Below, piece by piece: positions 12,782 to 24,311 of a stretch of 64,000 bases of DNA. Under the pieces are notes generated by a model. It searched no databases. It saw nothing but the letters and a program-made list of their open reading frames with translations, and had not been told where the DNA came from. Position numbers and translations under genes: made by a program. Numbering within the stretch: position 1 is the stretch's first letter; every line of letters starts with the position of its first letter. This stretch comes from Neoechinorhynchus agilis (taxonomy: Eukaryota > Animalia > Acanthocephala). The stretch covers positions 964,797-1,028,796 of the forward strand of contig CM121342.1 in assembly GCA_051530055.1 (NCBI GenBank), written 5' to 3'.

Positions 12782-13858
12782 ATCGGATGAAAGACTCATG
12801 CATATGCGGTGACTTGCAACTCTTTTCGAATTCAGTCTCAAACAGCACGAATCTAAAGATACATGGTTCCCGTGCTTGCTTGGGTGTGTGGTAATAAAAA
12901 CATGTTATTGTTAGCAATGCCGCCATTTCCCTTTTTCATTTACACCAATTTATTAGGGCGCCATCATGACTTTCCGGATCTTCTGGTTGAAGCTCGTTAC
13001 CGATGGATTAAAATTCTTTGTCCGTCATCATTTTGACATTCAATGGGCGCGTCCAAATACATCTAAGAAACAGCAACCTTTCTTCAAGTGCTTCAAATAC
13101 TTAATTAACTTGAATTTTAATAATCTCAAAACTTTAGAGTTGTCAAGAAGCCTTTGATTTATTTTCGGCAATATGTGTAATTTGTAAATAACTAGTACCT
13201 AAAAGGAATAAAACCTTCATGCACATGTCGCCCCACAAATTTCCTTGATGTAAATAATTTCGCTACAGTACCAATTATTGTAAAAAAGTTGTTCACTATG
13301 TGTTCTTTGGTGGTTATAAAAATAGAGATAAAGCAGTCCCTATTTTTAGTATCACTTATTGTCGATGTATTTTAAGTTGTTTGCAAACAATGTCAATAAC
13401 TGTTTTGGTATACATCCGGTGAACCCGACGAGGTTCGAAATGTCTTTAATAAATAATGATTCACTGACTGTAGACCAAAACAATAATTCCAATCACATTT
13501 CTCGGTACCTCACATATCGACAATGTCAATAACGCTAATTGAAGGTTGAAAAATATAGCAGTGTCATTAGTATCCTACAGTAGAGGTCGACACGCATATC
13601 GCACCTTAAAATATTATTTTTTTTGAGTGATAGTTATCACCGATCGCTTCATTCTATAGAGAAATATTCAATTATTGACATCGAAGATATCATTTACCAA
13701 TGAAATTTGGTTCGCTCTCATATATCTCTGCAAACTATTTTGGATTTTAATCTTGTTCCTCGAGTAATGTTCAGAGTTTTTTCGTCTGCTCTAGAGTATA
13801 TTTGAGGATATTTTCCCTGTAAATAATTATTTATTAAAGCTTTATGGTGTTTCCCAAT

Positions 13859-14060
13859 ATTCACACCCCCGCTCTGGATCACTCAGCTGCCGTCCTGATG
13901 CAACGGTCGAAAGGACGGGTGCAGCGTTCCCCCGTTGCACAACCAGACTTATGTTTTGTAGGAGGAATGCTCCTGATCTCGGATCGCCAGTGATTCGTCT
14001 CAATCTCTTAGACAATTGCTTGACTAGGTCTTGCGCCGCGGTGCCAAACGACCCGAGTGT
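13859..14060 (-). mobile_element. CRE family B 3' end
   Basis: LGSFGTAAQDLVKQLSKRLRRITGDPRSGAFLLQNISLVVQRGNAA. Confidence 0.88.
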
Positions 14061-14199
14061 GGCGAAAAAATTCAAGAATTTATTAAGTTCAATATATTCT
14101 AAAGACACAATCTTGTGCTCCTCTGCAAAAGACCTTGATAAAGGCACAATATTGTGCCGAAATATCGGGCATAATAAATTCCTTCGAAAGCTTTAAAGT

Positions 14200-14620
14200 A
14201 TCTAAATGAATACAGACGCCTGCTAGTGTCCTATAAAGCAAGACTGTTGCGCAATTTTAAGTTCTTTGCAAAAGAAATCAACGACCATCGTGACAGACAG
14301 AATTACTCTGTAAAGCGATTTGCCTCATCGAACAGCTCACTCATTAATAAAAAATCGTTTGTTGCTGCGCCATTTTCCAGCCTTGGCTAAAAATTATGCG
14401 GCGCTTCTCCGACGGCATCAATTGTCTCAATGGCGAAAGCTAGTAAGCAATCATATTCAAGTGCGAAGGAGACGGCTTATTTAATACGGAACTGTTGATG
14501 TGCCGTCCGGTATTTCTCGCCGTCTCGGCTTAAACCGACCCTCTCGAGAAGAGATGAAATGTCTGTCGATGCTACAGCCTCTCTAAGCTGTCGAAATTCA
14601 AACGATATTCTCTCCGGCAT
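14200..14620 (-). pseudogene. Protein-like frame interrupted by in-frame stops, origin unknown
   Basis: MPERISFEFRQLREAVAS..IK*AVSFALEYD..NF*PRLENG..TE*FCLSRW reads protein-like across stops; no family recognised. Confidence 0.25.
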
Positions 14621-14961
14621 TTAAATAAGTAGAATATGAAATTTTTGAGTGTAATTTGGGATCAATGCAATAAAGGCAGCGCATTTTATTGAATAGAGCT
14701 GGTGTTTCCATCAATATCAAGTGCGGATACAACCTCTTCGCTGTAACATCGAATGTGCGGAATTATCTTTCAAATAAATTTAAAACGATTTGTCTCGTAA
14801 AAATGCATTCTGTTGCTTTCGTGAATGCTGTTGCAACACTTTGCAAGTAGCATTTATCGATAATAAAAATAATCGATTGCTGTTCCTTTTTTAATTCCGT
14901 AAATTTACCCTAAATATTTTAAAACCACAAAATACCTCATTCGCTCACACCACGGCCGTCA

Positions 14962-15030
14962 TACAGATGCTAGCGGCCTTTCCCCGCTGCAAAGCGAGAC
15001 TAATGTTTTGGCGGTTTAACACCGGAATCT
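14962..15030 (-). mobile_element. Micro-fragment of a CRE RLE 3' end
   Basis: RQNISLALQRGKAASI resembles the QNISxAVQRGNAAS motif of the other copies. Confidence 0.55.
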
Positions 15031-15252
15031 ATCGCTGATGGTAACCATGACAGTACGGAATTTACGTAAAAAAATTGCCATTCTTGTACCAAGTAACACA
15101 AATACCTTCCATTTTTAGAACAAAAGTCATTGAACATTTTTATTGCGATTTTGTGACGTCGTTTTTCAACTTTTGATCTGAAAGAATCCCATCCGCCAGC
15201 GCGACTAAGCACAAACAAAGTAAATCTGCGTCCTTCGTTTTTGGTTGCCAAG

Positions 15253-15885
15253 ATGTATAATCGTCTTATGGTTCTAACAGTCGTTTTTCTACTGTCTCCT
15301 ACGTCCCTCTGCACAGTTTTGATCACTGACGTTGACGCTCATGCCGAATCGTGTTTCTTTAATGTCTTCAATCGTGGTCAGACGTTCAGCCTTGTCTATG
15401 AGGTAAAATCAGGCGGCTTTCAAGACGTAGATGTCTCGGTGCATGCGCCGTCCGGAAATGAGATTCATAAAGTAGAACATCGGAACAGTGGGAGTTATAT
15501 GTTCCCAGCTCCAGAAGATGGAAAATACACATTGTGTTTTTCGAACCAAAAATCATCTCGTGTTCCCAAACAAGTGATGTTCTCATTTGAAGTGCCGACT
15601 TCATCGCCCCTTGGAAAGCTTCAACCTTCTGCAGCAGACGGAAACTTCAGTGCAGATCAACAGAAACTTAAGGATATGATCGAAGATCTCTCAAACGCTC
15701 TATACAAAATAAAACTAGATCAAGAATTCATGGATATGCGATTGATGATTCATCATGATATTAACAAAAGCACAAACAAACGAGTAACAATGTGGGCGTT
15801 CTTTGAAGCGCTTATCATGCTATCGATGACCATGGGACAGGTCTACTACCTTATGAGGTTCTTTGAAGTTAGACGAGTGGTGTGA
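15253..15885 (+). CDS. TMED2: p24 / transmembrane emp24 domain protein 2, intronless
   Basis: Signal peptide, GOLD domain (ESCFF..GGFQDVDV..GKYTLCFSN), coiled coil, TM helix, cytosolic tail YLMRFFEVRRVV. Confidence 0.93.
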   Translation: MYNRLMVLTVVFLLSPTSLCTVLITDVDAHAESCFFNVFNRGQTFSLVYEVKSGGFQDVDVSVHAPSGNEIHKVEHRNSGSYMFPAPEDGKYTLCFSNQKSSRVPKQVMFSFEVPTSSPLGKLQPSAADGNFSADQQKLKDMIEDLSNALYKIKLDQEFMDMRLMIHHDINKSTNKRVTMWAFFEALIMLSMTMGQVYYLMRFFEVRRVV

Positions 15886-16164
15886 AGTAGGCTGATCTAA
15901 GGCCCATGTACGATTAAATCCGTCGATCGGTGTGGTGTAGGAAACATGGTTATGTCCTCACATTAATAATCGCCGTTTAGAACGATAACACTTTTGAAGG
16001 ATAAAACCACCATTGGTCTACTTTGAAGCTTCAACATCTAAATAAAGTTGCCAACGTAAACTACTAAATTCGAGAATATGATCAATAACGTTAGGTTGCT
16101 AAGATTTTGATATAAAGATAACTTATCTTTCCAGCACCACAGAAGATCAATACGCTTCTAAGAC

Positions 16165-19100
16165 GAACGCAACAATATCATTTCTATGTGGATGTAACGG
16201 CGATCGAAAAGCGTCTGCGCAGCCGCGATGTGAAAACACAAATACAAAATAGAGATAAATACAACTATAACAAAATTTAACAACGTTTACATGTCCTTTT
16301 CGTGATAACAAATACGCACGAACGCATTTAAAACTACGATGGTTCACTGGCTTGCGAAGGTAGGAAGGATTTTTTCTTATATGCACTTTTCCATAAAAAA
16401 GCTTCTACAAATACCAAAACAACGCAGGTAGAAATAATCAAGCTTTTTAATAAGATTGAACGCAACAATATCATTTCTATGTGGATGTAACGACGATCGA
16501 AAAGCGTCTGCGCAACCGCGTTGTAAAAACACAAATACAAAATAGAGATAAATACAACTGTAACAAAATTTAACAACATTTCATGTCCTTTTCGTGATAA
16601 CAAATACGCACGAACGCATTTAAAACTAGGATGGTTCACTCGCTTGCGAAGGTAGGAAGGATTTTTTCTTATATGCACTTTTCCATAAAAAAGCTTCTAC
16701 GAATACAAAAACAACGCAGGTAGAAATAATCAAGCTTTTTAATAAGATTGAACGCAACAATATCATTTCTATGTGGATGTAACGACGATCGAAAAGCGTC
16801 TGCGCAACCGCGCTGTTAAAACACAAATACAAAATAGAGATAAATACAACTATAACAAAATTTAACAACGTTTACATGTCCTTTTCGTGATAACAAATAC
16901 GCACGAACGCATTGAAAACTAGGATGGTTCACTCGCTTGCGAAGGTAGGAAGGATTTTTTCTTATATGCACTTTTCCATAAAAAAGCTTCTACGAATACC
17001 AAAACAACGAAGGTAGAAATAATCAAGCTTTTTAATAAGATTGAACGTAACAATATCATTTCTATGTGGATGTAACGACGATCGAAAAGCGTCTGCGTAA
17101 CCGCGCGGTGAAAACACAAATACAAAATAGAGATAAATACAACTATAACAAAATTTAACAACGTTTACATGTCCTTTTCGTGATAACAAATACGCACGAA
17201 CGCATTTAAAACTACGATGGTTCACTCGCTTGCGATGGTAGGAAGGATTTTTTCGTAAATGCACTTTTCCATAAAAAAGCTTCTACGAATACCAAAACAA
17301 CGAAGGTAGAAATAATCAAGCTTTTTAATAAGATTGAACGCAACAATATCATTTCTATGTGGATGTAACGACGATCGAAAAGCGTCTGCGCAACCGCGTT
17401 GTAAAAACACAAATACAAAATAGAGATAAATACAACTGTAACAAAATTTAACAACGTTTACATGTCCTTTTCGTGATAACAAATACGCACGAACGCATTT
17501 AAAACTACGATGGTTCACTCGCTTGCGAAGGTAGGAAGGATTTTTTCGTAAATGCACTTTTCCATAAAAAAGCTTCTACAAATACCAAAACAACGCAGGT
17601 AGAAATAATCAAGCTTTTTAATAAGACTGAACGCAACAATATCATTTCTATGTGGATGTGACGACGTTCGAAAAGCGTCCGCGCAACCGCGCTGTGAAAA
17701 CACAAATACAAAATAGAGATAAATACAACTGTAACAAAATTTAACAACGTTTACATGTCCTTTTCGTGATAACAAATACGCACGAACGCATTTAAAACTA
17801 CGATGGTTCACTCGCTTGCGATGGTAGGAAGGATTTTTTTAAATGCACTTTTCCATATAAAAGCTTCTACGAATACCAAAACAACGCAGGTAGAAATAAT
17901 CAAGCTTTTTTATAAGATTGAACGCAACAATATCATTTCTATGTGGATGTAACGACGATCGAAAAGCGTCTGCCGCATACGTTGTAAAAACACAAATACA
18001 AAATAGAGATAAATACAACTGTAACAAAATTTAACAACGTTTACATGTCCTTTTCATTGTTGCCGTACGAACGCATTTACGATGGTTCACTCGCTTGCGA
18101 AGGTAGGAAGGATTTTTTCGTAAATGCACTTTTCCATGAAAAAAGCTTCTAGGAATACAAAAACAACGTAGGTACAAATAATCAAGCTTTTTAATAAGAT
18201 TGAACGCAGCAATATCATTTCTATCTGGATGTAACGACGATCGAAAAGCGTCTGAGCAACCGCGCTGTTAAAACACAAATACAAAATAGAGATAAATACA
18301 ACTATAACAAAATTTAACAACGTTTACATGTCCTTTTCGTGATAACAAATACGCACGAACGCATTTAAAACTACGATGGTTCACTCGCTTGCGAAGGTAG
18401 GAAGGATTTTTTCGTAAATGCACTTTTCCATGAAAAAAGCTTCTAGGAATACAAAAACAACGTAGGTACAAATAATCAAGCTTTTTAATAAGATTGAACG
18501 CAGCAATATCATTTCTATCTGGATGTAACGACGATCGAAAAGCGTCTGAGCAACCGCGCTGTTAAAACACAAATACAAAATAGAGATAAATACAACTATA
18601 ACAAAATTTAACAACGTTTACATGTCCTTTTCGTGATAACAAATACGCACGAACGCATTGAAAACTAGGATGGTTCACTCGCTTGCGAAGGTAGGAAGGA
18701 TTTTTTCTTATATGATCTTTTCCATAAAAAAGCTTCTACGAATACAAAAACAACGCAGGTAGAAATAATCAAGCTTTTTAATAAGATTGAACGCAACAAT
18801 ATCATTTCTATGTGGATGTAACGACGATCGAAAAGCGTCTGCGCAACCGCGCTGTGAAAACACAAATACAAAATAGAGATAAATACAACTGTAACAAAAT
18901 TTAACAACGTTTACATGTCCTTTTCGTGATAACAAATACGCACGAACGCATTTAAAACTACGATGGTTCACTCGCTTGCGAAGGTAGGAAGGATTTTTTC
19001 GTAAATGCACTTTTCCATAAAAAAAGCTTCTACAAATACCAAAACAACGTAGATAGAAATAATCAAGCTTTTTAATAAGACTGAACGCAACAATATCATT

Positions 19101-19946
19101 TCTATGTGGATGTGACGGCGTTCGAAAAGCGTCCGCGCAACCGCGCTAGTAACAAATACAAAATAGAGATAAATACAACTGTAACAAAATTTTAACAACG
19201 TTTACATGTCTTTTTCGTGATAACAAATACGCACGAACGCATTTAAAACTACGATGGTTCACTCGCTTGCGAAGGTAGGAAGGATTTTTTCGTAAATGCA
19301 CTTTTCCATAAAAAAGCTTCTACAAATACCAAAACAACGCAGGTAGAAATAATCAAGCTTTTTAATAAGACTGAACGCAACAATATCATTTCTATGTGGA
19401 TGTGACGACGTTCGAAAAGCGTCCGCGCAACCGCGCTGTGAAAACACAAATACAAAATAGAGATAAATACAACTGTAACAAAATTTAACAACGTTTACAT
19501 GTCCTTTTCGTAATAACAAATACGCACGAACGCATTGAAAACTACGATGGTTCACTCGCTTGCGTGTGTATGAAGGATTTTTTCGTAAATGCACTTTTCC
19601 ATAAAAAAGCTTCTACAAATACCAAAACAACGTAGATAGAAATAATCAAGCTTTTTAATAAGATTGAACGCAACAATATCATTTCTATGTGGATGTAACG
19701 ACGTTCGAAAAGCGTCTGCGCAACTGGGCTGTGAAAACACAAATACAAAATAGAGATAAATACAACTATAACAAAATTTAACAACGTTTACATGTCCTTT
19801 TCGTGATAACAAATACGCACGAACGCATTGAAAACTACGATGGTTCACTCGCTTGCGAAGGTAGGAAGGATTTTTTCGTAAATGCACTTTTCCATAAAAA
19901 AGCTTCTACGAATACAAAAACAACGCAGGTAGAAATAATCAAGCTT
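16165..19946. repeat. Tandem array, about 293-bp unit, about 13 copies
   Basis: Unit (..cgatggttcactcgcttgcgaaggtagg..aataatcaagctt..) recurs at 292-294 bp spacing with high identity. Confidence 0.97.
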
Positions 19947-20229
19947 GAAATGGCAGTGCTGAAAAACTAAGAACAGTTTTAAAATTGAAGAACTGAAAAA
20001 TGCGGTTCTAAATAATGTCGATATGTTAGGAGTACCGCGGTATATGATTAGAAGTATTGTTTAGGTCGCCACCCGGTAAATTATTTTTTGTTAAATACGC
20101 TTAGAACCTCGCCGATTTCATCATTAGTTCTAAAGAACGATAGGTAAAATGGTTATTCTGCCCTTACATGCGCCTATATCTCATTGTATTGTCACATTTT
20201 GTTCGTCATGAAGGCGTAGTTTTTAAGTT

Positions 20230-20650
20230 CGTTGATCGTTCATATCCGTTTTATTTCCTTGATTAAGAGAGCTTCTTTAATTAAGCGCAGAAAGTTATTA
20301 TGTTGACTTGTTAAAACCAATGTTTGATCGCAATTGAAAACGTGGCCAGTTGGAACCTCGTTCTGCGCGACATTGGACGATATCACCTTTTGCGTCTTGA
20401 ACCGCTTACGTACCGCCAATCTCGTCTTCAGTTTCCGGCCTGTTTGTCCTATGTAATTGCTGTTCCATTGACTACAAGAAACTTTGCAGAATACAGCCCT
20501 CTTTTCTACTTCCTGGTATTTCCGAGAAGTGAGGTTTCCTATCTTCATGGAGAATCGAAAATAAAATTGCCATTTTAACGGCTGACCGCCTCGCACGGTT
20601 TACGTGCTCTCGCGCTGAAGCAAGAACATCTTTAGGGTTATGTCCTAGCG
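20230..20650 (-). mobile_element. Penelope-like GIY-YIG fragment
   Basis: AVFCKVSCSQWNSNYIGQTGRKLKTRL..LRLIKEALLI. Confidence 0.75.
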
Positions 20651-20944
20651 TCAATTCCCTTACATAATTAAACTATGTATATAGGAATGTACATGACGAT
20701 GGACTCCCGTCCTTACATTCATTTTCGTTTACGAAGCACTTTGATTGTATTTGAACTAAGCAAATGCTTTCCCTGCTAAGTAGTTTTTTAAATATGTATG
20801 TGGAATCCATTTTTTCTTACAATTATCAATCGCTTTATTCTACTCTCAAGCGACCAATTATGCAGTTACTCTTACGAAACATTTAGATTGTTTTTGCATC
20901 TTTTGGTATTGCGCTGGTTGACTACTGCGAACGGATTGAATAGC

Positions 20945-21337
20945 TCAGCAGCATCCGGTTCGCCTTGAATCTCTACGGAAGGCTACGCGGTATGTTCCTA
21001 TGTTTCTGCTGCTACAAATATTGTAGCGTCCTGGCTGACGAGCAAGAACTACTTCATAATAAGGTCCCGCATAATTGTAGCAAGGAACATTGTCGTAATA
21101 TGAATTGATGTTATCGATTAACTTTTTCCTTTTTATGATAACCGGCTCTTCCTTGCGGCGTCGGCTCGTGCACATAGTGCAGAATGATCCTGCAATGTTT
21201 CCCATTGAATGTAACTGAATGCCGTTTAAAATCGATATGAACGTACTGCTACCTTGTAATGTTAGACAAATTTTATTGTCAAAATATTCACAATGACAAT
21301 GAGTAAATGAAGGGTCCGTGTGCTTAATCATGTGCAT
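20945..21337 (-). CDS. Possible exon or fragment resembling the DD3-3-like C-terminal region
   Basis: PGRYNICSSRN recalls the GTYHYxCSRNNNFSNRSQK motif but breaks off; weak. Confidence 0.25.
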   Translation of the reverse strand: MHMIKHTDPSFTHCHCEYFDNKICLTLQGSSTFISILNGIQLHSMGNIAGSFCTMCTSRRRKEEPVIIKRKKLIDNINSYYDNVPCYNYAGPYYEVVLARQPGRYNICSSRNIGTYRVAFRRDSRRTGCC

Positions 21338-22599
21338 GGTTTCATCATTACAGGGCTGCGTTCATTCAAAGACAAGGAAGTCTTGCAAATTGTTTCGAAG
21401 TTTCTAAAATTGCATTTTACTTCAATATAAAAGATTATACAATTGTGTATATTATTGCAATTAATTGCCTTCTTTTATTTATTCCACCTCTTAAAGTGCG
21501 TTAAATTTCAAAGTTTATTTTATAAAGTTCATCAGTTTTTTATAACTAATTGGAATCCACAAAGTTGCAGCAACGCTTATCATATTAAAGGCGGAAATGT
21601 CTGTATCATATCTTATAGATTCGTGCCACTAATAATGATCACAGGTTGCGCCATGAAATAATATTTAATTAGGCTCTCCTTGTATTCAAAGATTCCATTT
21701 TTTCGCGTCTTTTATTTTTAGATATTCTCTTAATGAAAAACTTTTATTGTTACTACTCGTTTTAGTGGATGACGCAAAGTTCGTTGTAAAAAAGGATTTC
21801 AGGGCTCAGTTTTCAACAGGTTAAAGCAGCTAAGTCAATGAATTTGAACATACAATTAAATGCCTAATCAAAACAGTTGATGTCCACAATAATTTGCTAA
21901 TTTATCTTTTTACTGGAAATAGTTTAGCTGAATTTTAAACTAGAGTATCTTTATAGGAAATCTAAATCATGGTAATCATAATGGTGGATGAAACATATTT
22001 TATTGAATTGAAATAATACCTACGAAAGCCTCGACTCATCAATCATCTAAAAAGATTCCAGTTGTTTTGTATTGAATGGCTCAGGTTCGCGGAAGTGTTA
22101 TTCTCGTGGTTCGGAGACCGTATGTCCGCTCGTACCCCCTACGTTTTGTGTTTTTTCAACTGCTTATTCAACCCCATGTTATCCTTTTCGATTGTCCTTA
22201 CCTTAGGAATTTAAACGGTTGAAACAAATTAACTTTTGACCGATATTTCGGAGTTTTACTCCTTTTTTTCAGAGTGCTGAAAAACACACGCAATCTACAA
22301 ATGTAGAGTTAGAACAAAGTTAGTAAGGAAGCCAACTCGTCCCGTTGGTTGAGCACCCCGTCCCCTAAATACGATCATCCCCCTCAGTTCCACTTTTCAC
22401 CTCTTGTGCTGTTATAGAACCGAAAACGTGGTTTTATTTAACTAACGGAACCGCGAAGACGTTTCATGGTACAACGAACGATAACGGTTAGTAATCGATA
22501 ATATAATTACATTTATGATGTAGTCGAAACTAATCGACATCACATGTGCAATGAACAATGTTTCTGTAAGCGAAAGTTCTAATCAGTTTCTCACTTGGT

Positions 22600-22900
22600 A
22601 TTTCACGGACGTCGAAAGCTTTGCTCCTTGACCTGGGTAGAACCTTGAGTGATGTTTGGCTCATGGTGTTGATCCGTAGGAGGCCGCCTTTAAGTTCAAC
22701 GCGTTTCGTGTTCACAAATAAGTACGTGGAGCGGCCTCTCCATGTTCCCAATGTACACGATCCGGATCTGTTCTTATGCTGATAGACGACGTTGCTCCTC
22801 GTGAAAAGTGGCATTTCCGTAGACGTCCGACATTGGGCATTGCTACCAGCATGAGGAACGATATCGGACACAGTGGCGCTTCCTCGTGGTGGGCTGTTCT
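22600..22900 (-). mobile_element. Highly decayed GIY-YIG (Penelope-like) remnant
   Basis: VYIGNMERPLHVLICEH in a stop-ridden frame. Confidence 0.4.
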
Positions 22901-23751
22901 TAGTAGATTCTAGCTTAGTGTTGAAGAATTCCTTTGGACTAATCGAATCTCTAGATCTTTCTCCTTTAGGAGAGTCTTGAAGTCGCTCGTGAATTCTGTT
23001 ATGTCTTTTATTATTCCCTCGTAAACTGACTAACACACCACGCTATGTTTGCACCCATAATACGCGTTTTACCGGTCGCGCATAATCGATCCAAATACCC
23101 TATGTCACAAATTCCTCGCTAACAAATGGGATCTCGAGGATCGGTAAGGATCGCTATTCTTTTCCTTCTTCCTCAAGTGTCCACCAATCAATTCCCCTAG
23201 GCATTGGGACCTCTATATTTCCCTGTCCGCATTGTCCTTTCGAGCGAACATTTTCTTCAAAACCTCAACAGAGGTCCTCATAGCCTCCGGCGAAGCGAGG
23301 ATATATTCTTGCTATCAATTTCTCGACGATCTCATCCCTTTAATTACTCCACGCACTTGTCGAAAATAAGAAGTGAGTGCGGAATTTTTATGCTTCATAG
23401 GTTGATGACTGGACCAGTATGGTGGTCCCCATAACACGTTAGGCTTCCGAAATAATGGAGTTTACATTTTGCCTCGTGCTGAGCTTTTAACCAGGACGTC
23501 CAGAAACGAAGTCTCGCCATCACCATTCTCGCTATAGGTAGTTCACTGTATGTGGGGAACGTGACTATTCAGTATTGCATTTAATGAGTCGTTGTTATGG
23601 TAAGAATCAATCAGGATCATACATCATTCACACATACCGCTAACACATAATCACATCACTATGAAAGTCCGAGAAAGTGGACTACCACTTCCGCTTGCAG
23701 GTGTCAGCCAAGGTCGGAGCTAGTGGCGAGCCTATCGTAGAAACCTAAATG

Positions 23752-24010
23752 CGGTCATGCTCATGCACCATTGGATTAAGAATGCCACATACCAAGGTCC
23801 AAACATTGTTCGCTGCAATGCTTAGTGAGTACGTCGGCTGAAAACATTGGTGAAGTGGATGTTCACATTGACCGTAAACATTCTGTAGTGCACAATGTTT
23901 ATTTTCCTAATCTCAATCGCAAACGTTAAACCATCTTTAATGTGTGAAGCGGAGATTTGTAAAATTGATCTTAAAAATGCATTGATCTTTTTGGATGAGC
24001 GCTGATTGGA
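23752..24010 (-). mobile_element. Penelope RT fragment, near-identical to 63737-63992
   Basis: Reverse complement matches 63737-63992 including shared deletions relative to 38650-38920. Confidence 0.85.
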
Positions 24011-24117
24011 GCGAATTTTTTGTCGCTAACTTGAGCCTAAAACTACTGGCCAACAAAGTGTCAAAAATCAATGAAAAATGACACCGAGCGTTGGAGGTGC
24101 TTACAAATACGAAACGC

Positions 24118-24311
24118 TTTTTTATAGCGAATTATAATAATTGATTTATTTGATAATTTTCGACCTTCGCGTAGGCCTTCTTCAGTCTATTGTTTTCGGA
24201 AAGTCAAAGCTTTCTTGTATTTTCCTCCGAAAACAATAGACTGAAGAAGGTCTACACGAAGACAGAAAATTATCAAATCAATCAATCAATTATTATAATT
24301 CGCCATAAAAA
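24118..24311. repeat. About 190-bp imperfect palindrome of two inverted hammerhead-bearing pLTR-like arms
   Basis: Arms tttttatagcgaattataata..cttcttcagtctattgttttcgga / tccgaaaacaatagactgaagaag..tattataattcgccataaaaa; each carries CTGAAGA..GAAA. Confidence 0.85.

Noticed and set aside
16165-19946. CRISPR array, 5S rDNA, U snRNA or ribozyme array
   Set aside because: No unique spacers; no recognisable 5S or U1-U6 sequence; no CTGANGA..GAAA core on either strand.
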